In this document: positions 46,456 to 56,410 of the stretch, piece by piece
Layout of the letters: each line of letters opens with the position of its first letter
Numbering within the stretch: position 1 is the first letter of the stretch
Virus record (IMG/VR): IMGVR_UViG_3300008262_000056
DNA: 57,720 nucleotides
Direction: 5' to 3' (one strand)
Source of the DNA: an uncultured virus (IMG/VR IMGVR_UViG_3300008262_000056)
Taxonomy: Duplodnaviria; Heunggongvirae; Uroviricota; Caudoviricetes
Notes under the pieces: model-generated
Database searches by the model: none
Told to the model about the DNA's origin: nothing
Seen by the model: only the letters and a program-made list of their open reading frames with translations
Position numbers and translations under genes: made by a program

Positions 46456-48015
46456 ATGAACACAAGACAATATATTAACTCAAGATTTGAAAAAATTATA
46501 TCAGAAAACATTAATGAGAAAGCAGATGCTATCTTACAAAGATTGAATTATGATGAGGAGGCACCATTCAATCCTGCTGGTAAATCATTTGACTATGTAC
46601 AAGAAGGTATGAAAGAAACTTGTGAACAATGTGGGTCTGAAATGAATGAAGGTGAATGTTCAGAATGTGGTTACCAAAATGAAGAGATTATGGAACTTGG
46701 CGGCATGGATGACGGACACCCGAAATATGGAAAGATGAATTTTTCAAAACTTTCAAGAAAAGAAATTGAAAAAATTATGAAAGATATGGACAATATGGAA
46801 GATGACGATGAAGAAGAATTCGTAGATTATGATGATATAGATTATGGTGATATGGATGATGATGAAGAAGAATATTATCCTGAACTGAGAATACCTCATG
46901 ACATGCCATCATACAAAACTAAATATAGACATAGTGATGATGAAGACGATGAATGGGAAGAAGTAGATTTAGACACAGAAACTGATTGGGATCAATTAGA
47001 AGAAGATGAATGTACTGAGTGTGGTGATATGTATGAAATTGAACTTGATGAAAAATTATATGGAAACCAAACAAAACTTGACAAAAACAAAAACGGTAGA
47101 ATAGATAGAGAGGATTTCAAAATGTTAAGAAAACAACAAGATGAGGAAGAAACTCTTTACGAAGTTGAATTTGAAAAAGATGAGTTTAAAGAAGAAAGTA
47201 AACCTGACTTTTTAGATTTAGACAAAGATGGTAATAAAAAAGAATCTATGAAGTCTGCAGCTAAAAGTAAAAAAATGAAAGGAAAGGTTACTGAGTCTTT
47301 AATTTTTACTGAAAATGAGTTGATTTCACTTATTGAAAAAACAGTAAATGAAGAAAAAAAATTCAAAATGAGCGAGCCTAAAGGTTATCAAGAGTACGAA
47401 AAAGCACACAGAAAAGATAAGAAAGAAAATGAAGATTATTTAAAGATGGTTGCTAAAAAAATGACTGATTACTTGAAAGGTATGTCTGACAAAGAGTCTA
47501 AATACGAAATGAAAGAAACACAAAAATTCCCAACTGAAAATGGTGGTAAAAGAAAAAAATATACTCCATCTGAAGCTGTTGATGAATACATTGATGCATT
47601 CTCTTATCCTGGACAAACTAATTTAGTTTATGATGAGATCAAACCTAATGATGAAAGAATTGAAAAATATCTGAAAGGTGACAGTACTACAGGAAATGCA
47701 CAAGTTGATAAAGACGGAAAGGCTTTAGGTAATGTTGTACCAAGTGAAGTTGGTGAGAAATTCTTCAAAAACTATAAAGATAATCTTTATGGTCAAGAAC
47801 AACAACAGGCTTCTTATAAGAGACAAACCCAACCTGTTGATCAGGCTGGTGAGGTAACTGAAAGAGGTTCTTTAAAATCTAAGAAAGGTAAAAAAACCGC
47901 ACAAAGTGTTTTGAATAAAGTTGAGGAATCTGTTAATCAAAAAGAAAAACAAAAATTAACAGAAGAATTCCAAAGAATTCAAAATCTAATGGGCTATAAC
48001 CAAAAGACTCAATAA
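46456..48015 (+). CDS. Highly acidic putative prohead core/internal protein with CxxC and EF-hand-like loops
   Basis: CEQC/CSEC/CTEC, DKNKNGRIDREDF and DLDKDGNKKE; many (I/L/V)xE sites; TATTTATA at 46435. Confidence 0.55.
   Translation: MNTRQYINSRFEKIISENINEKADAILQRLNYDEEAPFNPAGKSFDYVQEGMKETCEQCGSEMNEGECSECGYQNEEIMELGGMDDGHPKYGKMNFSKLSRKEIEKIMKDMDNMEDDDEEEFVDYDDIDYGDMDDDEEEYYPELRIPHDMPSYKTKYRHSDDEDDEWEEVDLDTETDWDQLEEDECTECGDMYEIELDEKLYGNQTKLDKNKNGRIDREDFKMLRKQQDEEETLYEVEFEKDEFKEESKPDFLDLDKDGNKKESMKSAAKSKKMKGKVTESLIFTENELISLIEKTVNEEKKFKMSEPKGYQEYEKAHRKDKKENEDYLKMVAKKMTDYLKGMSDKESKYEMKETQKFPTENGGKRKKYTPSEAVDEYIDAFSYPGQTNLVYDEIKPNDERIEKYLKGDSTTGNAQVDKDGKALGNVVPSEVGEKFFKNYKDNLYGQEQQQASYKRQTQPVDQAGEVTERGSLKSKKGKKTAQSVLNKVEESVNQKEKQKLTEEFQRIQNLMGYNQKTQ
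46803..46846 (+). repeat. 44-bp direct repeat, copy 1 (copy 2 at 57677-57720)
   Basis: TGACGATGAAGAAGAATTCGTAGATTATGATGATATAGATTATG identical at both sites. Confidence 0.95.
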
Positions 48016-48062
48016 TTTACATTACTTAGTCTTATCCTATAATTTTTTCATAGTTTTTTACT

Positions 48063-48530
48063 ATGGATAATTTTCTAAATTACATTACAAAAAATCTTGA
48101 CCCTGAAGAGGTGGACATCTGGTTCAGGGTCAATAATATAATTCCTGAAAAAATGGAATTGTATTATGACCTGTCTTATAGTCTATTCTTGTTAATCAAA
48201 AATACATATCTTGGAGATGAATCTGATAATGGTGAAACCACAGTAAAGATGAATGACACCGACAACAAAAAACACTTCAACTGGTGTTGGAAAAAAATCA
48301 TAGATAACTTTGAAAGAGAAAGTATTTCATTTGACATGGAAGGAGATCACTACGAGTATTTTTTTACACTATTCAATGAGATATATTACAGACAAAGCAA
48401 AGAAGCAATTAGAAATTCAATAGATGTATTTTTCAATGATCTTTTCAATAGAGAAAAGGCATTCACACAAGTCGATCTTGATTTAATCTTTAATATATAC
48501 AAAACACTAGATAAAAATCTTAAGGTTTAA
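48063..48530 (+). CDS. Hypothetical protein (155 aa)
   Basis: Clean ORF with TTTACA...TATAAT upstream. Confidence 0.65.
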   Translation: MDNFLNYITKNLDPEEVDIWFRVNNIIPEKMELYYDLSYSLFLLIKNTYLGDESDNGETTVKMNDTDNKKHFNWCWKKIIDNFERESISFDMEGDHYEYFFTLFNEIYYRQSKEAIRNSIDVFFNDLFNREKAFTQVDLDLIFNIYKTLDKNLKV

Positions 48531-48593
48531 ACTTTACAATAGTTTATTTAGAACCTAATTTATGTGTAATAAACAATAATTTTTTAATTTCAA

Positions 48594-48764
48594 ATGGAAA
48601 CTTTAGAAAAAATTAAAGAGCTTACTGAGCAACTAAGTGTTGACGTTAACAAATTCTTTAGCGGAAACAAAAGTGCTGGTACAAGAGCTAGAAAAACCTC
48701 ACAAGATTTAAAGGCACTTTTACAACAATTAAGAGGTGAAATTTTAGAGGAGAAAAAAAAGTAA
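48594..48764 (+). CDS. Histone H1-like Hc1 family nucleoid protein, 56 aa (missing from ORF track)
   Basis: METLEKIKELTEQLSVDVNKFFSGNKSAGTRARKTSQDLKALLQQLRGEILEEKKK; GNK.AGTRARK motif; TTTACA-N17-TAATTT upstream. Confidence 0.8.
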   Translation: METLEKIKELTEQLSVDVNKFFSGNKSAGTRARKTSQDLKALLQQLRGEILEEKKK

Positions 48765-48765
48765 T

Positions 48766-48960
48766 ATGAGGGAATTGGATATTTTGTGTCTTTTTATTTT
48801 TGTATTATCAATAATATTTGTTACTAATCAAATATTTAAGATTTCTGCTGAAATATTAAGTGAAAATCCTCAGAAGATAATTTATCGAGGATTTGAAAAA
48901 ATATCCAATTACTTCTTTGTATCCTACTTAATAACTTATATTTTAATCAAATTTTTTTAA
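48766..48960 (+). CDS. Small two-helix membrane protein
   Basis: Two hydrophobic stretches in 64 aa. Confidence 0.55.
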   Translation: MRELDILCLFIFVLSIIFVTNQIFKISAEILSENPQKIIYRGFEKISNYFFVSYLITYILIKFF

Positions 48961-48964
48961 AAAA

Positions 48965-49393
48965 ATGTATAACGAATTAAAAGACATATTTCAATTTTTA
49001 GTGTCAGTTAGAAAATTGAAAACATACTTGACAATAGATATTGAATTTCCTGCTAATTGGAAAATACCTAAAAAATATGTGATAGAAGATAAGATTGTTG
49101 AGAACGAAAAATTAAATGATAATTTTAGATTTTTTTCATTTGTTACTGAATTTAACGAAGTAGAAATGAACCAAACAGTTTCTAATATAAAGAAAATAAT
49201 TTCTTACAATAAAGAAATCGAAATGAAAGAGAAATTGTTGAAACAAAAAATAGACGAATTAAAACGAATTTTTGAAAAAGAAAACTTAGACAATTTACAG
49301 TCATTAAAATTTGATATTTTAGAAGAAAAATTAGATGATGGAGAAGAAATCGTTGACACGAGAGGAACAAATGGTGGATTGGTTGAACAGTGA
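48965..49393 (+). CDS. Hypothetical protein (142 aa)
   Basis: ORF in operon. Confidence 0.6.
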   Translation: MYNELKDIFQFLVSVRKLKTYLTIDIEFPANWKIPKKYVIEDKIVENEKLNDNFRFFSFVTEFNEVEMNQTVSNIKKIISYNKEIEMKEKLLKQKIDELKRIFEKENLDNLQSLKFDILEEKLDDGEEIVDTRGTNGGLVEQ

Positions 49394-49538
49394 AATTGAA
49401 AAAGATAAAATCGAATTAGATAAAGAAAAAAAAGATCTAATAAATTCATTAAAATCAATAAAAAAAGAAGAAGTTTTACCAAAACAAGAAAAACTTAGTT
49501 TATGGAAGAAAATAAAGAAAGTGTTATTGGGGTCTTAG
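49335..49538 (+). CDS. Hypothetical protein (67 aa) with amphipathic C-terminus
   Basis: Bridges two overlapping genes; SLWKKIKKVLLG. Confidence 0.5.
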   Translation: MMEKKSLTREEQMVDWLNSEIEKDKIELDKEKKDLINSLKSIKKEEVLPKQEKLSLWKKIKKVLLGS

Positions 49539-49819
49539 AAAAACTGGCATTAGTCACTGATGGATTGCAAAATATTTTTCCTGATGGTAAAGTCATTTGT
49601 GTTTATGAATTAAATGACGAGGACTTCAAACAAGTACAAGAAAATTTTCGAAAAATAGATCACTCACACAAAAGATTTTCTATTGATATTTCAGGAATTG
49701 AACACGTATTTATTCACGAAAATTTTGAAAGATCTGAAATTAAAGAAGAAGTCAAAATAGAAGAACCAAAAAAACAAAGTTGGATTAGAAAAGTACTATC
49801 TAGTTTTAAAAGTAGTTGA
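49502..49819 (+). CDS. Hypothetical protein (105 aa) with amphipathic C-terminus
   Basis: SWIRKVLSSF tail similar to the preceding gene. Confidence 0.55.
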   Translation: MEENKESVIGVLEKLALVTDGLQNIFPDGKVICVYELNDEDFKQVQENFRKIDHSHKRFSIDISGIEHVFIHENFERSEIKEEVKIEEPKKQSWIRKVLSSFKSS

Positions 49820-50434
49820 TCTCCTATATAGGGATTGTTTACTAATCCCTTTTTCAGATAAAATATCATACAAGTATTTTTTTTGTGCTTTGGAGGATTC
49901 AGAAACTATAATACAATCAATTCTTTGTTGAGAAATTAAAAATTCATTAAGGTTATCTAAAAATCTTTTTGATTCGTTTTCATCCTTCAATGAAAACAAT
50001 TTAACATCATCATCATTTTGTAAAACAACCTTATTATTCAATCTTGAAATTAACTTTATTGAATTTTTTGGTAAGTAGTTTTTGATAAAAACATCCATAG
50101 TTATTTTTGTCTTTTTATCAACGTCGTAAATCTTTTCAGGTATTTTATATTTTACAACTTTAAGTATCTTATAGTCAGGATCATCCAAATCTACCAAAAC
50201 CTGCCTACCCATCTCATCCCTAACAAACATCTTATCAAAGTTATTATCCTTCTTTTCAAGAATAGACAATTCATAATCACAAGGTTTTGCATTTTCAACC
50301 TTAGTTTCAAAAATGACAGATTGATTTTCCTCAATTAATTTATCGAAGAAAAGATTAGCCCTTTCTTTAGTTTTAAATTTGTTGATTATTTTTTTTCTTT
50401 CTTTATTTTTAAAGACAACAACTAAGTAGTTCAT
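49796..50434 (-). CDS. Hypothetical protein (212 aa)
   Basis: Long ORF with no competing plus-strand ORF. Confidence 0.65.
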   Translation of the reverse strand: MNYLVVVFKNKERKKIINKFKTKERANLFFDKLIEENQSVIFETKVENAKPCDYELSILEKKDNNFDKMFVRDEMGRQVLVDLDDPDYKILKVVKYKIPEKIYDVDKKTKITMDVFIKNYLPKNSIKLISRLNNKVVLQNDDDVKLFSLKDENESKRFLDNLNEFLISQQRIDCIIVSESSKAQKKYLYDILSEKGISKQSLYRRSTTFKTR

Positions 50435-50463
50435 AAATTAATAATAATATTTTCTTTTTATAA

Positions 50464-51381
50464 ATGAATAATGAAAATTTTTACCAAGTTTTGGGGGTCC
50501 AAGAAAATGCGACTCAAGATGAAATAAAGAAGGCATACCGTAATTTGGCGAAAGAGAATCACCCTGATACAGGTGGTGATGAAGATAAGTTTAAAAAGAT
50601 TTCGGTTGCTTACGATGTTTTAAGTGATGAATCTAAAAGAAGAGAATACGATACCAAAAGAAAAAATCCATTTGGTAATTATGATAACTATGAAGATATG
50701 TTCTCTAATATGTTTGGTGGTAGAAAACCAAGACAAACCGTACACACTACAAACATTACAGTGAATGTTGGTGTTTTAGATTCATATAGGGCAAATAAAC
50801 ATTCTCTTTCATATAGAAGACAAACAATGTGCGAACCATGTTCAGGCACTGGCGGCGATAAAAAAACTTGTGGGACTTGTAACGGTTCAGGTGTTGTAGT
50901 TAGACAAGTTGGATCAGGATTTTTTGTTCAAGTAGTACAGATGGCTTGTGATGGATGTGGAGGAATTGGAAGTATAACCATTAACCCATGTTTTATGTGT
51001 AGTGGAAGTGGATCAAAACCTGAAATAAAAAACTTGGACATATCTCTACCTCATGGAATAGATAATGGTCAGTTTTTAAGATTACAAGGAATGGGAGATT
51101 TTAAAAATGGAAACTATGGAGATCTTGTTGTTAGAGTTGATTTGAAACCACAGGATGGATTTGATAAGGTGGGTAATCATTTGGTATATAATGTTTTTAT
51201 GACACTTGATGAACTTAAACAAGGAAGTTTTAATGTCCCACATCCCGATGGTATGATGAATGTTAAGATGCCCAAAAAAGTTGATACATCACTACCATTG
51301 AGAGTCAAAGCAAAAGGATTTAGATTAGATACTGTTGGTGATTTGATGATCAACCAATATGTGAGATTTGATAGGGATTAA
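50464..51381 (+). CDS. dnaJ: DnaJ (Hsp40) co-chaperone
   Basis: J-domain with HPD, four CxxCxGxG repeats, C-terminal GDL motifs. Confidence 0.92.
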   Translation: MNNENFYQVLGVQENATQDEIKKAYRNLAKENHPDTGGDEDKFKKISVAYDVLSDESKRREYDTKRKNPFGNYDNYEDMFSNMFGGRKPRQTVHTTNITVNVGVLDSYRANKHSLSYRRQTMCEPCSGTGGDKKTCGTCNGSGVVVRQVGSGFFVQVVQMACDGCGGIGSITINPCFMCSGSGSKPEIKNLDISLPHGIDNGQFLRLQGMGDFKNGNYGDLVVRVDLKPQDGFDKVGNHLVYNVFMTLDELKQGSFNVPHPDGMMNVKMPKKVDTSLPLRVKAKGFRLDTVGDLMINQYVRFDRD

Positions 51382-51539
51382 AATAAAGATATAACATCTT
51401 TGACAAACGATACGATACCGTATATACCAAAAAAGAAAAATATCCCACCACCAATTAGAACAAATCTTTGAGTGTTCTGTACTTGTTTACTTTCTTCACA
51501 AGTTCTACATTTTACTTCTGTTGCTTTTTTCTCTTCCAT
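51378..51539 (-). CDS. 53-aa CxxC plus TM protein (missing from ORF track)
   Basis: [53 protein letters not shown]. Confidence 0.6.
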   Translation of the reverse strand: MEEKKATEVKCRTCEESKQVQNTQRFVLIGGGIFFFFGIYGIVSFVKDVISLF

Positions 51540-51546
51540 AAATTAA

Positions 51547-52053
51547 TTATAACACAATGGTTTTAATATGAAAATAGTTTTCCAACATTACTTTCTTTTG
51601 TTGGGGTTTGTTTTTGTTGAAGAATCTAAGATAATTACCATCAAATGAATAAGTACTTGTTGGAATGACATAAACCCTGTCAGTAGACTTTTCAATTATA
51701 AATTCTAAATAATCAAAAACTTCTTCATCTTCATTGTCCTCATCTCTATAAACAAACTTTAACCTATCACCCAATGAATGATCAGCAAATGATCTAATAA
51801 TTTTTGGATATTTTAATTCTATAACTTGTGATAAAATGTCGTTAGGGACCGCAACTCTTTCGTGTGTTGAAGTATCAGAGTCAATAGAATCTAAAATTGA
51901 TTGTCTTATGAAATCAAAATCTTTATTACCCTTTCTATCTATTGATTGATGACTTGAAGCATAGAATGAATTACCTCTTGGACTGATATATAATAAATCT
52001 TCCCTGTCGGCTTGCTCGGCAATAATTGATCTTAGAGTTTGAAGCATTTTCAT
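51547..52053 (-). CDS. Hypothetical late protein, 168 aa (start revised to 52053)
   Basis: MKMLQTLRSIIAEQ leader; minus-strand TATTTAT at 52060-52066; avoids overlap with methylase. Confidence 0.65.
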   Translation of the reverse strand: MKMLQTLRSIIAEQADREDLLYISPRGNSFYASSHQSIDRKGNKDFDFIRQSILDSIDSDTSTHERVAVPNDILSQVIELKYPKIIRSFADHSLGDRLKFVYRDEDNEDEEVFDYLEFIIEKSTDRVYVIPTSTYSFDGNYLRFFNKNKPQQKKVMLENYFHIKTIVL

Positions 52054-52121
52054 ACTAGAATAAATATTTGAAAAATAAAAATACAATTGATTAGTCATCT
52101 TGTTTTTACTATCTTTATTAC

Positions 52122-52961
52122 ATGTTAAGTTATATCGGAGGTAAGAGTAAAATTGGTAAATGGATTGTTCCATTCTACGACAAAAACATGGAGGTCTATT
52201 TAGAGACTTTCGGAGGAATGTTTTGGTGTTTCTATAATATGGATCTAAAACAATTCCCAAATCTAAATAAAGTTGTTTATAACGACTTTAACCCACTAAA
52301 TTATAATCTATTCAAATGCGTCCAAAACCCAAACGAGTTGTTAAGGGCGATAAATTCAATTGATTGTCAAAAACAAGGCGTGGATCTTACACCTGAAATA
52401 TACAAACAACAATTTATCAGCTTTCAGGCTGAAGTTTTTAATGAAGGTTTCAGCGTAGAACCTGGCGATTATGAAGTTGCCGCTAAGTATGTCTATATTC
52501 TAACACAAGTTTTTAGTGGATCAAAACCTGAGACATCTAACTTCATTGACCTTAAAGGGAAATACAAATCAAAATATCTTACATTTAGAGATAAGTTATC
52601 TAAACCTGATTGGTTGGATCACTTTTTAAAAATTACTGATGTTGAAAACATGGATTTCGCAGATGTAATCAATAAGTATGACTCACCATCAACTTACATT
52701 TATTTGGACCCACCGTATTGGAAAACGGAAAATTACTACTCCAACCACGACTTTGATCGTCAAGATCATGAACGTTTGGCTAATGTTTTACACGGGGTTC
52801 AAGGTAAGTTTTCTTTATCTTACTATGACTTTGAATTACTTCACGAATGGTTTCCCGAAGACCAATACACTTGGGTTAAAAAAGAGTTTGCTAAAGCTGC
52901 GGCTGCTAAGAAAGGTGAGAAACAAAATATGGGGGAAGAATTATTGATAATGAATTATTAA
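52122..52961 (+). CDS. Dam-family (D12 class) N6-adenine DNA methyltransferase
   Basis: YIGGKS, ETFGG, VYND and YLDPPY motifs; no adjacent endonuclease. Confidence 0.9.
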   Translation: MLSYIGGKSKIGKWIVPFYDKNMEVYLETFGGMFWCFYNMDLKQFPNLNKVVYNDFNPLNYNLFKCVQNPNELLRAINSIDCQKQGVDLTPEIYKQQFISFQAEVFNEGFSVEPGDYEVAAKYVYILTQVFSGSKPETSNFIDLKGKYKSKYLTFRDKLSKPDWLDHFLKITDVENMDFADVINKYDSPSTYIYLDPPYWKTENYYSNHDFDRQDHERLANVLHGVQGKFSLSYYDFELLHEWFPEDQYTWVKKEFAKAAAAKKGEKQNMGEELLIMNY

Positions 52962-53001
52962 TTTTTTACTGTTTACAAATATTTATTAAATAAAAAATAT
53001 T

Positions 53002-54384
53002 ATGTCACTTAGGTTCACCAATCTATTAAGAGATCTTATTGTTGAAAGTTCAAGATTTCAAGTATTATTCGATAAGTTCGTAAAACCAAAAGAAAGAGGT
53101 CAAAGAGGTATTATGCCTTTTGAAACTTTATTTGCACTTATCGCCGCTGACCCAACTACAAAGGTCCCTGACGGTATGGATATCGATAATGTTAAACCTG
53201 AACAGATGGAGAAGGTTAAAATTGGGAAATACGCTCAATGGTTACTAAAAAACTTTGTCACTCCTAAATTACCTGCTGATCACCCTTTAATGGTTTCAGA
53301 TCCACAATCAGGTCAATATAAAGCGGCTTTAAAGGCATTCCAAGATCTTTTTATGGAAGACTTATATAAGGTTACAACAAACCTCCAAAAGTTTGAAAGA
53401 TTTAAAAATAGATTACCTCAAGAGTATAGAGATATTAACAAACTAACTCCTGAGACTTTATTTGATCAAGTTAAAGATTTCAGTTTAGAAAAAACCAAAG
53501 CGACTGCCGCTGAGAAAAAAGAAGCATCAACAACATATGCTCACCCTGGTGCTGACATCGTTTATAGAGGTCAAGATTGGACAGTTGCTAAAATATCAGA
53601 CAAAGGTCCATTAGGTAAAGAAGCCGCATGTTTCTATGGTGGATCTCATAATGAAGGTAGAAGAGGAGAAACTACTTGGTGTACATCTTCACCTGGACTT
53701 TCTTGGTTTGATCGTTATATTGGTAAAGGACCATTGTATGTTGTAATTCCAAACAAACCAACATCATTTAAATCTTACGGTAAAGAAGTTGGAGATGTTT
53801 CAGGTTTACCGGCAAACAGATACCAATTCCACTTCCCTGATAATCAGTATATGGATGCGGATGACAGACCAATCAATTTGATTGAATTCTTAAACACAAA
53901 TGAAGAAGGACTAAAACAATTCTTCAAACCTGAGTTCATGAAGTCATTAGCCGGAGATAAAGGTGAAAAAGTTGTGATTGATTATCCAGGTGATTCGGCA
54001 TCAAAATTCATTGCACTTTATGGTTTTGACGAATTCTTTGCCACTCTTCCTCAGTCATTGAAAAGACTTACATTCAAAAACACATCAAGAGACAAAATTT
54101 CATTGAATATTCCAAACGACATTGGAAGGTTCAAACAGTTGAACGCAATCAACTTTGTTGGATGTGTTGCAACTATACCTGAAGCAATTTGTCAATTACA
54201 AAATTTACAATATTTATCTTTAGTTAATAACCCAGACCTTCAAAAATTACCTGAATGTGTTGGGGATATGCAAAACCTTATGGTACTAAACCTTGGAGGA
54301 TCCGATCCTAAGAAAGTTCTACCTGAATCTGTATTCAGAAGAGCTGAAACAGACGAAGACTTCAACTTATTTACACACTCTTAA
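53002..54384 (+). CDS. Protein with WCT-motif central domain and C-terminal leucine-rich repeats
   Basis: TTWCTS...GPLYVVI...RYQFHF; IPNDIGRFKQL / IPEAICQLQNLQYLSL / LPECVGDMQNLMVLNL LRRs; TATTTAT at 52980. Confidence 0.75.
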   Translation: MSLRFTNLLRDLIVESSRFQVLFDKFVKPKERGQRGIMPFETLFALIAADPTTKVPDGMDIDNVKPEQMEKVKIGKYAQWLLKNFVTPKLPADHPLMVSDPQSGQYKAALKAFQDLFMEDLYKVTTNLQKFERFKNRLPQEYRDINKLTPETLFDQVKDFSLEKTKATAAEKKEASTTYAHPGADIVYRGQDWTVAKISDKGPLGKEAACFYGGSHNEGRRGETTWCTSSPGLSWFDRYIGKGPLYVVIPNKPTSFKSYGKEVGDVSGLPANRYQFHFPDNQYMDADDRPINLIEFLNTNEEGLKQFFKPEFMKSLAGDKGEKVVIDYPGDSASKFIALYGFDEFFATLPQSLKRLTFKNTSRDKISLNIPNDIGRFKQLNAINFVGCVATIPEAICQLQNLQYLSLVNNPDLQKLPECVGDMQNLMVLNLGGSDPKKVLPESVFRRAETDEDFNLFTHS

Positions 54385-54386
54385 AA

Positions 54387-55076
54387 ATGAATAGAAGATT
54401 AATAATTAATGAAGAAGAAAAAAGAAGAATTTTAAATCTTCATGAAAGTAGAAGATCTAAAGAATTAGGTTTTTTATTTGAAGACGATAATGCAAACAAT
54501 GAAGTACTGCTTCAAGGTACGGATAAGGATTATGATTATAAAAAAGTGGGAGATAAATATTATTTCAAGTTAAAGGATAACCCTACAAGTGTCGCGGCTA
54601 AAGGATACAAAACACAAGGAAAATTTGTAGATTGGACAGAAGCGACTAATCAAAAAGCTATAGATAAAATTTCACAACTACCTACATTATCAACAGTAGC
54701 ACAATTTCAGGGACCTGGTGAAGTTGACGGAAGTGATGAGACATTTGACGCACCACAAACCGCATCTACAACGGCGCAAACACCTACAGTGGCGTCAACA
54801 ACATCTACAACCGCAGCAACACCCACAAACGCAACTACAACTACAAACGCAACAACACCAGCACCTACGTCAAAAAACCCTGATGTTTTAGCAGACTTAA
54901 AAACTGCATCACAAATCAGACAAGAATTTAGACAAGGTAATAGAGATAAAAACAAAGCGATGAGACAATACAATCAAATGGTTAATAAATATAACAAATT
55001 AAAAAGTAAAATGAGTCCACAAGATAATTCGGCTTATCTACAAGCAATTGGCCAATTGAAACAACAAATAGGATAA
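54387..55076 (+). CDS. Hypothetical late protein with Thr/Ala-rich linker
   Basis: Leader IINEEEKRRILNLHE; TASTTAQTPTVASTTSTTAATPTNATTTTNATTPAPT. Confidence 0.65.
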   Translation: MNRRLIINEEEKRRILNLHESRRSKELGFLFEDDNANNEVLLQGTDKDYDYKKVGDKYYFKLKDNPTSVAAKGYKTQGKFVDWTEATNQKAIDKISQLPTLSTVAQFQGPGEVDGSDETFDAPQTASTTAQTPTVASTTSTTAATPTNATTTTNATTPAPTSKNPDVLADLKTASQIRQEFRQGNRDKNKAMRQYNQMVNKYNKLKSKMSPQDNSAYLQAIGQLKQQIG

Positions 55077-55096
55077 TAAATAAATTACATTCTTTT

Positions 55097-55129
55097 AAAA
55101 CCCCCCCTTCTTTTGATCGGGGGTTTTTT
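55097..55129 (+). terminator. Intrinsic terminator
   Basis: AAAACCCCC...GGGGGTTTTTT. Confidence 0.75.
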
Positions 55130-55152
55130 ATTTAACAAAGTATTTATCTTAT

Positions 55153-55527
55153 ATGAAAATCATCATAACAGAAGAACAGTATAATCTAATCAACGAAACC
55201 TATAGAAGAGATCGTTTTGATGCTGAGTACGCTGATGAATATCCAAAGTATAAGAAGTTGTTTTTAAAGACAATATCTAAAGATGTCAAAGGTTGGGGTG
55301 AATGGCCAGGATCAATTTATCTGATGACTGAAAACGGAGACCCTTTATTTGTATATAGAATACCATCAAAAACCGTATATTATGATTATTCAATAGATAA
55401 AGAGATGGAAGAATATATTCCTTATCACATTGTTTCGAGACACTTGAAAAACGCAGTTTACGATTACTTCAAAGGACTTTTTCCTGATGTTGAAATAAAA
55501 GAGGTAAGTGGGGCTAATATTGTATAG
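55153..55527 (+). CDS. MKIIITE-leader family protein A
   Basis: MKIIITEEQYNLINE; TATTTAT at 55141. Confidence 0.7.
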   Translation: MKIIITEEQYNLINETYRRDRFDAEYADEYPKYKKLFLKTISKDVKGWGEWPGSIYLMTENGDPLFVYRIPSKTVYYDYSIDKEMEEYIPYHIVSRHLKNAVYDYFKGLFPDVEIKEVSGANIV

Positions 55528-55529
55528 TT

Positions 55530-56087
55530 ATGAAAATAATAATATCTAATAATCAATATAGTCTTTTGAAGGAAGTGCATGTTGCTATTAAAAACATTGA
55601 GGGTCTTAAAAAGTATTGGAGAAACCAACAAAAAAAAGGTCAACAAATTAGATTTAATAAAGAAGATTTAGATTTTTGGGGTATTACAACTAGACAGGAA
55701 AAATATTATGCTCAAACAGCATTTCAAGAATTAGTTGGAGATGAGGTTTTTACTGAAAAAGTTATTAAAAAGTTAATCGGAAAAACATTTTCAACGAAAG
55801 ACTTTGATGATAGAATCACTGGTGGATATGATTTCGAGTGGGTGATTGATAATATGGAATATAGAGATTATGATTTTTATTTATATGGAAAAACATTACC
55901 GGGAGGAACTGTTACTCTTATGGATGGTAGACACATATCTTTAAGTGAAGGAATAAATCATGAAGATTTAGGTTGGGAAATACAAGAAGAAATTAAAGAT
56001 GTTGTCCAAGACTGTATGGATGAAATAATTTTACCTGTCACAGGATATGAAGTGATAGTACCATATTTAATTATATCTGAAGAATGA
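55530..56087 (+). CDS. MKIIITE-leader family protein B
   Basis: MKIIISNNQYSLLKE. Confidence 0.7.
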   Translation: MKIIISNNQYSLLKEVHVAIKNIEGLKKYWRNQQKKGQQIRFNKEDLDFWGITTRQEKYYAQTAFQELVGDEVFTEKVIKKLIGKTFSTKDFDDRITGGYDFEWVIDNMEYRDYDFYLYGKTLPGGTVTLMDGRHISLSEGINHEDLGWEIQEEIKDVVQDCMDEIILPVTGYEVIVPYLIISEE

Positions 56088-56410
56088 AAATAATAATTAC
56101 AGAATCACAGAAAGAAAAACTAATGAATGATTTTATGAAATCACTCGTAGATGATACCTTAGATGAAAACAAACCTTCTTATGTTGATTATTATATTGTT
56201 ATTTGGGATAAAACTGCTGTTTGGAACATTGATAACGAGCCGTTTATTGAATATGATAAATCTGATGGTAGATTGTGGATATCAAAAAAATATTTAAACA
56301 ACTTAGAATCTTGGTTCCCAATCAAAAAAGAAAAAGTGTTAGATATGATTAAAAACTCTTTTGAAAATAAATTTAATGTTGATGTAAAATATATCAAAGC
56401 GGAGTCATGA
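56084..56410 (+). CDS. MKIIITE-leader family protein A'
   Basis: MKIIITESQKEKL; body resembles 55153. Confidence 0.7.
   Translation: MKIIITESQKEKLMNDFMKSLVDDTLDENKPSYVDYYIVIWDKTAVWNIDNEPFIEYDKSDGRLWISKKYLNNLESWFPIKKEKVLDMIKNSFENKFNVDVKYIKAES

Noticed and set aside
52054..52260. N-terminal 69 aa of the 237-aa minus-strand ORF
   Set aside because: Overlaps the Dam gene head-to-head; the ATG at 52053 has the TATTTAT motif and a leader-like start.
52122..52961. Restriction-modification system
   Set aside because: No adjacent endonuclease recognised; orphan Dam-like methylases are common in large phages.
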